This document shows positions 50,904 to 64,000 of a DNA stretch of 64,000 bases, in pieces. The notes below the pieces were generated by a model. The model did not search any database. It saw nothing but the letters and a program-made list of their open reading frames with translations, and was not told where the DNA came from. The position numbers and the translations under genes were made by a program. The DNA comes from Octopus sinensis. Its lineage: Eukaryota. The stretch lies in contig NC_043001.1 of NCBI RefSeq assembly GCF_006345805.1, positions 29,202,001 to 29,266,000 of the forward strand, in the 5' to 3' direction. Every line of letters starts with the position of its first letter. The stretch's first letter is position 1.

Positions 50904-52388
50904 TGTAGAATAAGAATCGACTTATGGAAAGTGCTCATCAACAGTACTTCATTTACTGGATTCCAATAGTTATTGAGAAAAAACACCTTCCTTACCATGT
51001 ATATTTTGATAACTGTTCACATCAGTGCCACTTCTAAATCAACTCAAAACTCTGAGATACAATGGTACTGGTACATTGAGAGCAAACAGATTAGATGCTT
51101 CGCGTCATTTCTTCTGTACACTGTTTTGATGAAAAAGAACGAGGCTCTTCAGAGACTGGCACCAGAGTCCTGGAATCCAATGATATAAAAATCACCAGAT
51201 GGAAAGATAATTCTGTTGTGTTAGTGGGATCCACCATTCATGGAAAGAACCCTGTTATAAAGTTAAGTGCTGGTCTAAGGAGAAGTCAAAACACATAGAG
51301 GTACCAATTCTTCAGGCAGTTTATAATTATAATAAAAATATGGGAGGAACTGATCAGATGGACCAAAATATCAACACATATTGCATTGGCATACGTGGGA
51401 AAAAATGGTGGTGGAATCTTTTCTCTTGGACCATAGATGTCTCCGTTCAAAGTGCTTGGATTTTAGCATGAGGAAAGGGTTCTATATTAGATCAACTGGA
51501 CTTCAGAAGAGCAGTTCCCATATCTGTTATATCACACATTCGGATGACCTGTACTCAACTCCTCAATGTCTAGACTTCTCCCTCTATATCTACGTACTGG
51601 GCTAGCCTACTTCATCGTCTGGGGGTGTCAACACAACAATATCATACTTGTGAAGATTTCAGGTTCAGCCAAAAAAGTTCCAGCAAAAAAAGGAAATCAT
51701 GTCCAGGAGATTCTGATATGTGATACAATGATTCTGAACACTATGTGTGACCAGTGGTTGGGAACAAGTGACGCAAATGTCAGGGAGAATTTTGTAAATC
51801 ACAAACTCAAGCTGAATGTGAAAAATGTGATATGAGATTGCATATTTTATGTCTTGCAGATGATAAAAAATAAACTGTTGCTGTTGTGACTAACTCATAA
51901 TATATGAAATGTGTGATAAAAGGGCATTTTTTCAATAATAATTGTCATTAAATGTGTTATATTGCCGTTTCTTTTTGTTATTTTCACTGCTATAAAAGAG
52001 GAACATATACATTTGCTTACTGAATAAAAAGGAAGAACTTACCACAATTGTATTTTTGTACCCTTATTATCCTAGTGGTGCCATATGGCACCTGGGTTTA
52101 TTTAAGAAAGTTTTTTGAATTTTACATTTCTGGCTTCAAATCAATGTAACTGGTGTTTAAACTAACCCTTAAACAAAATTTCAGCAAAATCAGAAATAAC
52201 GTTTAACGTCTGCTTTCCATGCTAGCATGAGTTGGACTATTTGACTGAGGATTGGTGAACCAGATGGCTGCACCAGGCTCCAATCTGATCTGACAGAGTT
52301 TCTACATCTGGATGCCCTTCCTAATGCCAACCACTCCGAGAGTGTTACATGTATATATATGTATATATGTATGTATGTATGTATGTAT

Positions 52389-52800
52389 GAGATGGCTTGG
52401 GCATGTTAGCCGTATGAAAGATGGCAGAATCCCCAAGGACATACTATACGGAGTTGCAAAAGGGACATGAAGGCCTGCAACATCAATATTAGCGGTTGGG
52501 AGGCAGTTGCCGGCAACCATGGAGACTGGCGACGTACCGTAAGAGAGGGAATACAAAGGAGTGACAGAGAGAGAGAGGAGAAATGGAAAGACAGAAAAAG
52601 ACGTCAACAAGTAACTATGGCATCACAACCAGCCAGGAACAGACTTCGCTACATTTGCGGTACCTGCCAGAGGGAGTGTTTGTCCAGGATAGGACTACAC
52701 AGCCACAGCAGGAAATGTATCAGGACATGAAATGTAAAAGCCGGACTAGACTACTTTATGCGCAACTCCATTGTCTCCCGAGAAAAAAAGGATGCCAACC
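52389..52800 (+). mobile_element. RTE/BovB-like LINE 3' remnant
   Basis: RWLGHVSRMKDGRIPKDILYG...MKACNI...WE...WR...YICGTCQRECLSRIGLHSHSRKC, with the C-terminal zinc finger. Confidence 0.87.
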
Positions 52801-52822
52801 AATATATATGTATGTATGTATG

Positions 52823-52853
<31 letters not shown>

Positions 52854-53945
52854 TTGTACCCTCACCATCACTTGACAATCAATGTTGCTGTGTCTACATC
52901 CCTGTAACTTAGCCATCTGCAAAAGAAACTGATAGAATAAGTACTAGGCTTACAAAGAATAATCCTGGTGTTGATTTCTTCCACTAAAGGTTGTGCTCCA
53001 GCATGACCACAGTCACATGATTGAAATAAGTAAAACAATAAAAAAAACTATGCCATTTTAATCCCGAGCAAGTCTGGGTATCTCTGCTAGTTAATTTATA
53101 AAAATACTCAGTTGAGTTGAAGGAGATAAATAAACCATTTCACTAGGAAATAAACTTGTGATATATTCATTGAAATATCACAAGAATATCATCAAACCAC
53201 AGAAATGAAGTTATCTGGTTTCTGATCAGATAACAGCTGATGAATGATGGCATTCACATTGATTACTGATAGGAAATCAGATTACTTCATAGTCTATGCT
53301 TGTCAGGAAACTCCTAGAATTGAATACGAGTGTTCTATGTTTGTATAAAATATCAATTTCAAATTTTGGCACAAAGCCAGCAATTTCATCAACCCCAATT
53401 CTCACCTGCTATTTATTTTATCAACTCTGAAAAAATGAAAGGTACAGTCGACCTTGGTGAAATTTGAACTCAGAACATTTAATTTCTGTTATATACTTCA
53501 TTTGTCATGAGACAAATGGTTAGCCATTATATGATACTTCTGTCCCTAACATAGAGTTTAGCAAAAGACCTGCCCATGTCTTGTGTTACACAGATGCAAA
53601 CAGTGTTAAGTACTTCCTTTCACAAAAGAACATTGTCATAAATAAATGTGGAATTGATTACTCTAAGTAAAACATAGTCAGAGAACATTATTCCTAAAGA
53701 CTTTTGAAGATAGTCACTTCACAAAACTGAAGAACAGCAGCACATACATTGCCTATTGTTTAGAAATTCATACCTGTGGGTTGCCAGAAAACTTTGAGAC
53801 CTGTATATTAGTGTTCCGTGTTTTTATAAATCAAATATATTCCGTACTTCAATGATGCTGAGGTCTAATTAATGGTGGTGCCCCAGCATGGCCACAGCCC
53901 GTGAGCTGAAACTAGAATCAATCAATCAATCATATATATATATAT

Positions 53946-55160
53946 AGTAAAAGAGGTAGTGGTGTTTCCACACAGGAAAAAAATATATAGGAAAATGTGT
54001 TGTTGAAAATGCACTTGAATTTCAAAAACTCGTAAATGTTTAAAATACATTTATTTACATATATCCCAAACTAGTTTCAACAATAGTTTTTGTTTATCAA
54101 TGGTAAAAGTGTAAAATTAGAAAAACATCGTTATAAGTTTCAATGTTGACAAATCAAAATGTTTCAATGTTGACAAACTGAAATGTTTCAATGTTGTTAA
54201 GTTAAAATGTTTCAATGTTGATAAATTATCAAGTTCAAAACAGAAGGTGTAAGTTTGAAATTAAAACTGTGTATTAATTTGTTAGAATGTACAAGGTTCA
54301 TTAATTTCAGTGGTAGTCAACAAGTCATACTGAAAAAAACTGTGAGAATTGAAATAGTAAAAAAAGGGGGAAATTACGTTTTCTCAGATCTTTAAACAGT
54401 CACTTCCGCTTGCAATAGTATGTTTTAGGGAAAGATGTATTTATAAATTTTTTTCTGCGAGTGGATCTGATTTTGATTCGTTAAAACATTGATGATGTTT
54501 TTCTTCCATGGTCAAGCTTGTCGTTCTGCTTGGCTGGTTTCCTTGCAGGATAAGGTTATAGGTCATTCCGGTTGGTTGGTTTTCTTGTAATCATTGAAAT
54601 TCGGTTTTGATTGGTTTGGAATTATGTCACGTCAACAACTGGTGTTTGTGGAATTTCATTGGACTGGAGGTGGGTGACGTCAGCATTTTGTGTTTGTGTG
54701 GTGACATGGAGCTCCGGCTTTGAAACCAAGGTGGAAGATTGTTACTAAAATTTTATTATTTGTTTTTGTGTTGAAATTTTGTGTTTTTTTCTTCTTTGTA
54801 CTGCTTTTTCTTCTTTCTAAAGGATATTTAGCTGTGGTTTATGTTTTTTGATCAGTATGTTTTCCTTATCTAAATGGAATTCGGTTGAGGTGTTTCCAGT
54901 GCATTGATAGAGAGGGAAGATTTGGTATTTAGGATTTTTGTCTACAGGGCATTGGTCTAGGTGCTGGCTAACGACAATTTTCCTAGTTGAGGGGTCCCAG
55001 ATTTTTTGTCTGTGCACCATAAGTCTATCCTTCAAAGTTAAGCTTGTTTGACCTATGTAGTCTCCACCACAACCTCCACATTTAAGAACATAGATTAAGT
55101 TCTTCCAAGCACAGTTGAAGTCATGTTTTATGGTAAAAGTTAGGCCTGACTTAAATTTTC
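53946..55160 (-). mobile_element. Penelope-like element 3' part (GIY-YIG endonuclease and 3' region)
   Basis: Open frame 55158-54817: FTIKHDFNCAWKNLIYVLKCGGCGGDYIGQTSLTLKDRLMVHRQ...VSQHLDQC...ENILIKKHKPQLN*. A 24-bp tandem repeat lies at about 54138-54225 and a degenerate hammerhead at 54066-54103. (TA)n flanks. Confidence 0.9.
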
Positions 55161-55790
55161 TATATATTTATATATATATATATATATATATGTACACTTA
55201 TGCATGTGAATATATAATCCCAGGACTTATACATTTTTTTAAACCCAGTACTTGTGTTATTGGTGTCTTTTGCTGAACTGCTCAGCTATGGGAACATAAA
55301 TGTACTACAACGGTTGTCAAGAGCAGTGGTGGAGGACAAACACAGCCACAAAGACACACATACATAGATTCATACATATATATGACAGGCTTCTTTCAGT
55401 TTCTGTCTACCAAATCCACTCTCAAGGCTTTGTTCAGCCTGAGCCTATAGTAGAAAACACTTGCCCAAGGTGCTACACAGGGGACTGAATCCAGAACCAT
55501 GTAGTTGGAAGCATGCTTCTTACCACATAGCTTCGCCAGTACTCTTTTACTTGTTTCAGTCATTTGACTGAAGCCATGCTGGAGCACTGCTTTTAGTCAA
55601 AGAAATTGACCCCAGGACTTATTCTTTGTAAGCCTAGTACTTATTCTATTGGTCTCTTTTGCCAAACTGCTAAGTTACGGGAACATAAACACACCAGCAT
55701 CAGTTGTCAAGCGATGTTGGGGGGACAAACATAGACACACAAACATATATACACACATACATACATATATATATATACACATATATATAC

Positions 55791-55835
<45 letters not shown>

Positions 55836-56696
55836 TATAATATATATATACCAGACTGGAGCCTGGTGCAGACTTCTGGCTTCCCAGATCCCAGTCAAAC
55901 CGTCCAACCCGTGCTAGTATGGAAAACAGTTGTTAAATGATGATGATGATGATGATGATGATATACATACATATATATGACAGGCTTCTTTCAGTTTCCG
56001 TCTACCAAATCCATTCACAAGGTTTTGGTTGACCCAAGGCTTTAGTAGGAGACACTTTCCCAAGGTGTCACACAATGTGACTGAACCTGGAATCATGTGG
56101 TTGGTAAGCAAGCTTCTTACCACACAGCCACTGAGGCATAATAATGAGAGAAGTAATCAATATTATTTACATAAAAACCTAATTATTATATTTACAGATG
56201 TAGACATACAAACAGGTGTGTATATACATATACACACCTGTGTATATGTATATACACACCTATTAGATACTCCTCTGATAAAGAAGAATGTTATTTATCT
56301 GAAGAACTTCTAATAGGAAATTCTTTACACATCTATCTGACATGTAAATCTATATGATTCCTATTAGCAAATGAAGCAGATATAATGGAGAACAAATAAT
56401 GCCTAAAGATTTCTAATTCCCTATTTTATTATAAATTAACTCTGCAAATAGTTTTTCCATAATTCTTAATTCCAATATGTATTTTGACTAACATGCATCA
56501 CCAACTATGGAAACATACTAATTGTAATATTGGTATAAGCAGACATTCTTCAAGAGGAAGCAGCTGAGATTTACCCTAACTAGCTAATTTATGAAATGTA
56601 TATATATATATATATATAATATATATATATATATATGTGTGTGTGTGTTGTGTGTGTCTGTGTGTATATGTATGTATATATATGTGTGTGTCTGGT

Positions 56697-57103
56697 AGTG
56701 GCTGTGTGGTAAGTAGCTTGCTAACCAACCACATGGTTCCGGGTTCAGTCCCCCTGCGTGGCATCTTGGGCAAGTGTCTTCTGCTATAGCCCTGGGCCGA
56801 CCAATGCCTTGTGAGTGGATTTGGTAGACGGAAACTGAAAGAAGCCTGTCGTATATATGCATATATATATATGTGTGTGTGTGTGTTTGTGTGTCTGTGT
56901 TTGTCTCCCTAGCATTGCTTGTCAACCGATGCTAGTGTGTTTACGTCCCCGTCACTTAGCGGTTCGGCAAAAGAGACCGATAGAATAAGTACTGGGCTTA
57001 CAAAGAATAAGTCCCGGGGTCGATTTGCTCGACTAAAGGCGGTGCTCCAGCATGGCCGCAGTCAAATGACTGAAACAAGTAAAAGAGTAAAAGAGTAAAG
57101 AGT
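56697..57103 (+). mobile_element. tRNA-derived SINE with an internal microsatellite and structured tail; one of the most abundant families here
   Basis: A/B boxes (tggctgtgtgg, ggttcagtcc), cttgggcaagtgtctt, internal (TA/TG)n and tail ggcggtgctccagcatggccgcagtcaaatgactgaaac(aagagta)n. Other copies lie at about 8533, 10492, 16786(-), 17040, 22880, 29345(-), 30678, 44300, 46178, 52830, 55220(-), 55541(-), 57850(-), 58589, 61540 and 62760. Confidence 0.88.
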
Positions 57104-58131
57104 ATCATCATCATCATCATCATCGTCGTTTAACGTCCGTTCTCCATGCTAGCATGGGTTGGACGGTTCGACCGGGGTTCTGGGAAGCCAGAAGGCTGCA
57201 CCAGGCTCCAGTCTAATATATATACATACATATACACATAGATAGATAGATAGATAGACAAACAGACAGACAGATAGATAGATAGAAAGAGATAGATAGA
57301 CATATACATATATATATATATATATGTGTATGTATGTATGTATATGTATATATACACACACATTATATATATCTCACACACATTATATACATATTCTTTC
57401 TTTAGTTTGTTTTAGCCATTACAACTAAGGTCATGCTAGATATTGTATGTGTGTGTATGTGTGTGTGTGCATGTGGTGTGTGTGTGTATACATATACTCA
57501 CACCACACACGCACACACACACACACACATGTATGTATATACACACCTGTTTGTGTGCCTACATCTGTGTGCATACATCTTTAAACATAATAATTAGGTT
57601 TTTATGTAAATAATATTGATTACTTCTCTCATTAATATGCCTCAGGGCATCAGGCTAAACAAATCAGCCTCACTGACAGCTTGCTAATCATTTTGATTGG
57701 TATTACATGATTACTTCATGTTCTCATTTGATGATATCACACAAATTGACTATGTTCTATGATAAATGTAACTCTTCAGTGCATAAATGCTAACAGAGAA
57801 TTCTGTGTTGATATAACTTGTAGTTTTCTCCTACAAATAAAGTTGTTATTACTTTACTCTTTACTCTTTTGTTTCAGTCATTTGACTCTGGCCATGCTGG
57901 AGCACCACCTTTAGTCAAGAAGATCGACACCCTAGGACCTACTCTTTGGAAGCCAAGTACTTATTCTATCGGTCTCTTTTGCCGAACTGCTAAGTTACGG
58001 GGACGTAAACACACCAGCATCGGTTGTCAAGCGATGTTGCGGGGACAAACACAGACACACAAACATATACACACACTTACAAATATACATATATACGACA
58101 AACACAGCCACAAAGACACACATACATACAC

Positions 58132-58205
<74 letters not shown>

Positions 58206-58759
58206 CAGACTGGAGCCGTCCAACCCGTGCTAGTATGGAAAACGGTCGTTAAACGATGATGATGATGATGATGATGATATACATACATATATACGACGAG
58301 CTTCTTTCAGTTTCCGTCTACCAAATCCACTCACAAGGTTTTGGTTGGCCCGAGGCTATAGTAGAAGACACTTGCCCAAGGTGACACGCAGTAGGACTGA
58401 ACCAGGAACCATGTGGTTGGTGAGCAAGCTACTTACCACACAGTCACTCTTACGGCTATTAATACTATTATTTTTATTTAGCTCCACTCATTATTTATTA
58501 GTTGTGATGGAGTAGAGCTTTGAACAAATACATTCCAGCTTCAATTATTCTGTGTTCTTATGATATCTTGGGCTACATTTTAACTCCTAGGTGTAGGAGT
58601 GGCTGTGTAGTAAGTAGCTTGCTTACGAACCATATGGTTCCAGGTTCAGTCCCATTGCGTGGCACCTTGGGCAAGTGTCTTCTACTACAGCCTTGGGCCA
58701 ACCAAAGCCTTGTGAGTGGATTTGGTAGATGGAAACTGAAAGAAGCCCATCGTATATAT

Positions 58760-58791
<32 letters not shown>

Positions 58792-59859
58792 ATGTGTGTT
58801 TGTGTGTCTGTGTTTGTCCTCCCCAACATCGCTTGTGTGCATACATCCCCGTAACTGATGCTGGTGTGCTTACGTACCGTAACTTAACGGTTCGGCAAAA
58901 GAGACCAAAAGAATAAGTACTAGGCTTACAAAGAATAAGTCCTGGGGTCGATTTGCTCGACTAAAGGCAGTGCTCCAGCATGGCCACATTCAAATGACTG
59001 AAACAAGTAAAAGAGTAAAAGAGTAAAGAGTACATTAAATAACATGTACTTCCATTTTTCTAAAGAGAGCAGGGTGTGATTTGAGGGAGATTTAGCTGCT
59101 ATTTATAGCAAGCTAAGCAAATTCATAGCAGTTCTCTTAGGTACTTGTGAAAAAAATATGGTGTCATTTTTGTGAAAAAGTATGTTGTGTGAATTAGGAC
59201 ACAAATCAATAATAAATGATGTCACTCTAATTGAACATTTACGATTAAAATAAAACACTTAGATGTCTTCTAAAATAACTAGTGCACTTTTATAACAATG
59301 CTCTTCTTGCCTTTGAATAAATTGTGAATACATATTTATTCCATCAATAGTTTGGCTTTTGAATTTTCTCACACTGCCTCACCAAGCAAGATTTCAAAAC
59401 TCACTTGGTATTTAGCCCTGAGTCAGCCCTGACTGAGCAGCAGTGGCAGCTTGTGTATGGGAATTGTGGAACTGCAACACAACCCTATTTCCACTTGATA
59501 TTATCGATAACATTCCAAAGCAGCAAGCAGGCAGAAACGTTAGCTTGCCGGGCAAAATGCTAAGCGGTATTTCGTCTGCTGCTACGTTCTGAGTTCAAAT
59601 TCCGCCAAGGTCGACTTTGCCTTTCATCCTTTCGGGGTCGATAAATTAAGTACCAGTTACGCATTGGGGTCGATATAATCGACTTAATCTGTTTGTCTGT
59701 CCATGTTTGTCCTCTCTGTGTTTAGCCCCTTGTGGGTAGTAAAGAAATAGGTATTTTGTCTGTCTTTACATTCTGAGTTCAAATTCCGCCGAGGTCGACG
59801 TTGCCTATCATCCTTTTGGGGTTGATAAATTAAGTAACAGTTATGTACTGGGGTCAATA

Positions 59860-59892
<33 letters not shown>

Positions 59893-60181
59893 TATTATCA
59901 ATAGTATCAATAATAAGGCAGCGAGCTGGCAGAATCATTAACATACTGGATGAAATTCTTAGTGGTATTTCACTCATCACTACATTCTGAGTTCTAATTC
60001 CAATTCTTGCTTACATTTACTGTTAGGAGGAATTACATTCTGAGTTCTAATTCCACTGAGGTCAGCTTTCCCTTTCATCCTTATGGGGTCGATCAACTAA
60101 GTACCAGTGAAACACTTAGGTCGATGTAATCAACTAGTCTTCTCTCACCAAATTTCATGCCTTGTGCCTATAGTAGAAAGG

Positions 60182-60236
<55 letters not shown>

Positions 60237-60404
60237 GTACCATTTCTTCCATTTCTTTACAGTCTGAGTTCTAATATCACCAATTTTAAATTTGCCTTTT
60301 CTCCTTCGATAAAATAAAGTACCAGTCAAGTACTGAAGTTAGTTTAATTGATTAACTCCTTTCCCTTCTCCTCTCAAATTTCTAATCTCACACCCATGTT
60401 ACAA

Positions 60405-60870
60405 TAATAATATAATAATGAAATTATTGTATACAGTGCTCAGGTGCACAACAACTTGTCAATAGTGCGTATAAAGCATATGCAGTAATGTACAAATATC
60501 TGGAAAGTGAACAATGTATGAGTCAGATACATGCTCACGTGTGTATGTAGTGTTGGCGAATCTCAGGAAGCATGGAAGTTTTGAAGGATGCAGTGCTCCA
60601 ACAACTAACAACTGATGCTGGCAGTTTGTTCCATACTTCAGCAACTCTTAGCATGAAAAAATGTTTCCAAAAGTCATGGGAGCTGTGCTGTTTTCTGACT
60701 TTGTAAACATGTCCACGGGTGTTAAACAGGTGGAGTTTGAAAAGGCGCTCAGAGTTATTGTTAGTAAGATGGTTAATAATTTTATGGGTGTCTGCCAAGT
60801 CAGCTGCCAGATGTTGGAGTTTCAATGTATCCATGCCCAGGGAAGTAAGGCATTCAGGTCATCCATACAT
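60405..60870 (-). mobile_element. CR1-clade LINE 3' remnant
   Basis: LGMDTLKLQHLAADLADTHKII...NTRGHVYKV...HFFMLRVAEVWNKLPASVV...FK, with an (ATT)n tail. Confidence 0.88.
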
Positions 60871-61868
60871 ACAGGCTTGTTCTTTAGAAGTGCTGGTGCC
60901 ACATAAAATGCCCACATGGCAATGCTATGTAAATGGACCCTTGCTGGTGCCCAACACACTCTATAAAGTGGTTGGTGTTAGAAAGGGCATCCAGCCATAG
61001 AAACCATGCCACAACGACTCCCCAGCTGGCCAGCTCCTGTGAAACCATCTAACCCATGCGAGCATAGAAAATGGATGTTAAACGACGACAACGATGATGA
61101 TGATGATGATGATGATGATACATTGGTGTAAGGTGGCAAGCTGGCAGAAGCATTACCATGCCAGGTAAAATGCTTTGTGGCATTCTGCCTATCTTTTTGT
61201 TCTGTTCAAATTCTACTAAGCTTGTCTTTGCCTTTCATCCTTTCCAAGTTGATAAAACAAGTACCAGTAGAGCACTAGGGTTGATGCAATCAAATTACAC
61301 CCTACCCCCAAAGTTGCTGGCCTTGTACCAAAATTTGAAACCAATATGATACATTGGGATCCAAGGAAGATTTGGTTGCTATTTCTAGCAACAGATCAAG
61401 TAACAGCACTATAGCTCAGAGCAATGCACAGAATGTCTTGTGGTGTTTAGTTACATCACATTACATTCAAATTCTACCAAGATCAACATTGCCTTTTGTT
61501 CCTTGATAAAATAAAAGCAAGCAATGCATTAAGTTGTGGAGGCACATGGATTTGGTAGATAGAATGGATTCTTGTGAATGGATTTGGTAGATAGATAGTG
61601 AAAGAAGCCCATTGTATATATAAATATGAATATATATATATATGTATGAATGTATTTATGTATATCAGTGTTTCTCTCCCAACCATTGCTTGACAACTGA
61701 TGCTGGTGTGCTTATGTCTCTGTAACTTAGCAGTTCAGCAAAAGAGACTGATAGAATAAGTACTAGGCTTTCAAAGAATAAATCCTGGCGTTAATTTCTG
61801 TGGCTAAAAACCCTTTAAGGCATGGCTGCAGTCGAAATGACTGAAACAAGTAACAAAATATATATATA

Positions 61869-62262
61869 CTAGCAGTATCGCCCGGTGTTGCTCGGGTTTG
61901 TAAGGGAAATAATTATATAAGCCTTTTTAGAGATGTAAAGTATAATAGCCATCTCAATATGGCTAACCACAAAGGGGGAGGGGTGTTACTGTAGCTTTTT
62001 ACGTTCTGAGATTTAATAATAAATTTTAGAGAGTTACTTCCCTTATATATGTCAAAAATGGATTAAAAATGGGAAAAATTGATGGTAATTTTTTTTTTAA
62101 ATCGTAGACTCATCGTAGACGCGCGCTAATACCCAGACGGTCTCGATATGAATCACGACTATAAGATACCCGGTTTTGGTTAAACTGCACCGCAAAATGT
62201 GGGAGTAGTTAGGAATCTAAATCGTAGGAGACAGACACACAACCTCACTTTTATATATAAAG
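61869..62262 (-). mobile_element. Non-autonomous Helitron, family A, second copy
   Basis: Reverse complement of both ends of 50268-50903, including the hairpin and CTAG. Confidence 0.85.
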
Positions 62263-62359
62263 ATTTCCTCTATTTACATAATATTGAGGTCTCTTTCTTT
62301 CTTTTGTTATCTTACTGTTTTTACCAATATACATATATATATATATAAATATATATATA

Positions 62360-62682
62360 GTTACAGAGATGTACTTGCATAGCAAGTGACTTGATCTGAG
62401 ATCGTGTGCTGGAACGAAAACAGTTGCAGCGTTGAAGGTGTTTATAAGCCATTTAAGAAACACACAAAAACCGTTAGATTCACTTCAACATTTAAATTAA
62501 ATTTGTCAAAATATTTTCGTCGCTTTGAGACCGCGACCTGTTAGCACGATATTTTTGTCAGTGAACAGGTCGCGGTCTCAAAGCGACGAAAATATTTTGG
62601 CAAATTAAATTTAAATGTTGAAGTGAATGTAACGGTTTTTGTGTGTTTCTTAAATGGCTTACAAACACCTTCCACGCTGCAA
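62360..62682. mobile_element. Fold-back non-coding element (Penelope inverted-pLTR-like)
   Basis: Inverted arms 62424-62542 and 62563-62682, with (TA)n on both flanks. Confidence 0.75.
62554..62604 (+). ncRNA. Minimal hammerhead ribozyme fold with a G3:C8 swapped core
   Basis: TTTGTCA GTGAACA g GTCGC ggtctcaaa GCGAC GAAA ATAT TT TGGCAAA: 7-bp helix I, 5-bp helix II and palindromic helix III (AATATT). Confidence 0.62.
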
Positions 62683-64000
62683 TATATATATACACACATA
62701 TATATATATATGTATGTATGTATGTATGTGTGTATATGTGTATGCATGTATGTGTGTGTGTGTGCGTGTCTGTGCTTGTGATTGTCCTCCACCACTGCTT
62801 GACAACGAATGTTGGTTTGTTTACATCCCTGTCACCTAGTGGTTTGACAAAGGAAACAGATAGAATAAGTACAATGCTTACAAAAATAAAACTGGAGTTG
62901 ATTCATTAAACTACAATTCTTCAAGGCATTGCCCCAGCATGGCCACAGAGCAATGGCTGGAAAAAGCAGAAGAATAAAAGAATTGAGGGGGACCTCTACA
63001 TGGTAGCTAGACCTGGTAGAAATAGCAGCAAAATTTCCCCCAAATCACACCTTACTGTCTTATCTATGTATATATGTATGTATGAGCCTATGAGGGAGAC
63101 CCCTACATGGCAGCTAGACATGGTAGAAATAGCAGCCAAATCTCCCTCAAATCACACCTTACTGTCTTATCTTTCTGCTACTTGGATATAGGTGTTATAT
63201 TCGTCTAAAAAAACTTTCCTGTCACACACTCACGCACACGCACACACACACACACACACACACACGCACCGTCACACACACACACACGCGCACACACACA
63301 CACACACACACGCACGTTAGCTTACAATTTTATTTATATATTTGCGTGTGTATGTGTGGAAAGAGGAAGTGGGAGGCAGAGTGAAAGAATCACCACAGTA
63401 AGTGAATTAGTTTCATTTTATTCGTTGCCCACTCTGTGTGTGCGTTTGCGTGTGGTGTAAACCAGACTAAGAAAAGCATTTGACACACACACCAGAATGT
63501 GAGTTTTCTGTAAATTTTGCTTAATTGGAGTTTAAATTTTAAAAACTGGACCTGGCATGACGCGATGCATTGTACTCTTAAAAATGCCAGGTAAATTGTA
63601 ATTGAAGAAATCCTATATTGTAGATTTGTATAACTCCCAAAAGGAGGCAGATAAAATCTGCCTTTTATAATAAGAGATATATAAATATAGTTCACATTTA
63701 CAGAGAACAAAAGACGAAGATAGGTGAGGAAACAACAAGCAGGTGTATTAGTTTAATGCTCTGGAAGAATGGTAAAGTCTTTGACATTTTGAGCCTATGC
63801 TCTTTGAAAGAAGAGATTTAAGGGGGAAAAAAAAGGAAGAGAGAACAAAAAAGAAAAAAAATGGAGAGAGAAGATATGTTGGGATTAATGGTTCAACATG
63901 ATGAAATATATATACTTTTTTTCCATATATATACATATATATATATATACGAGCAACCCCCCCCCCGTCCAATGGACAGTGCTGAGTTGTCAAACATTTA

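Larger units (their letters stand above)
47684..52095 (+). mobile_element. piggyBac (PGBD-like) transposon, decayed and interrupted by nested insertions
   Basis: Motifs ELFELFYDD, FLAILLVSGY, ISHDEAMVEY...KPIRFGYKIW, IYFDN, RWKDN and YNKNMGGTDQMDQ...IRGKKWWW, plus a Cys-rich C-terminus. 22-bp inverted repeats at 47684-47705 and 52070-52091 with core GTGCCATATGGCAC. Confidence 0.9.

Noticed and set aside
53774-53800. 27-nt minus-strand micro-exon (cag|...cag|gtatga)
   Set aside because: No polypyrimidine tract and no partner exons found. I could not support a second host gene in 37300-64000.

Overview
Animal genomic DNA: AT-rich, very microsatellite-dense and dominated by transposons. The SINE and LINE families look like those of an octopus (inferred from repeat content; not verifiable here). 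One protein-coding gene can be reconstructed on the + strand from nine GT-AG exons (4243-37246). Their phases join into an uninterrupted 404-aa frame plus stop; the N-terminal exon was not found and is probably upstream of the window. The product has seven hydrophobic segments and motifs resembling the gustatory-receptor-like 7-transmembrane ion channel superfamily (GrlHz/DUF3537-like), so it is a candidate chemoreceptor-type ion channel. The six-frame ORF track misses it almost entirely. The rest is tRNA-derived SINEs, decayed LINEs (RTE, CR1-group, R4/Dong, HERO-like), Tc1/mariner, piggyBac, hAT and pogo MITEs, Helitrons and a Penelope-like element. A second, non-coding layer consists of short elements carrying minimal hammerhead ribozyme folds: a canonical one in a 428-nt tandem unit, G3:C8 and U3:A8 compensatory core variants in fold-back elements, and a tRNA-headed element with a decayed hammerhead. 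There is also a 5S rRNA-headed SINE-like chimera. All family assignments are from remembered motifs, not database searches.
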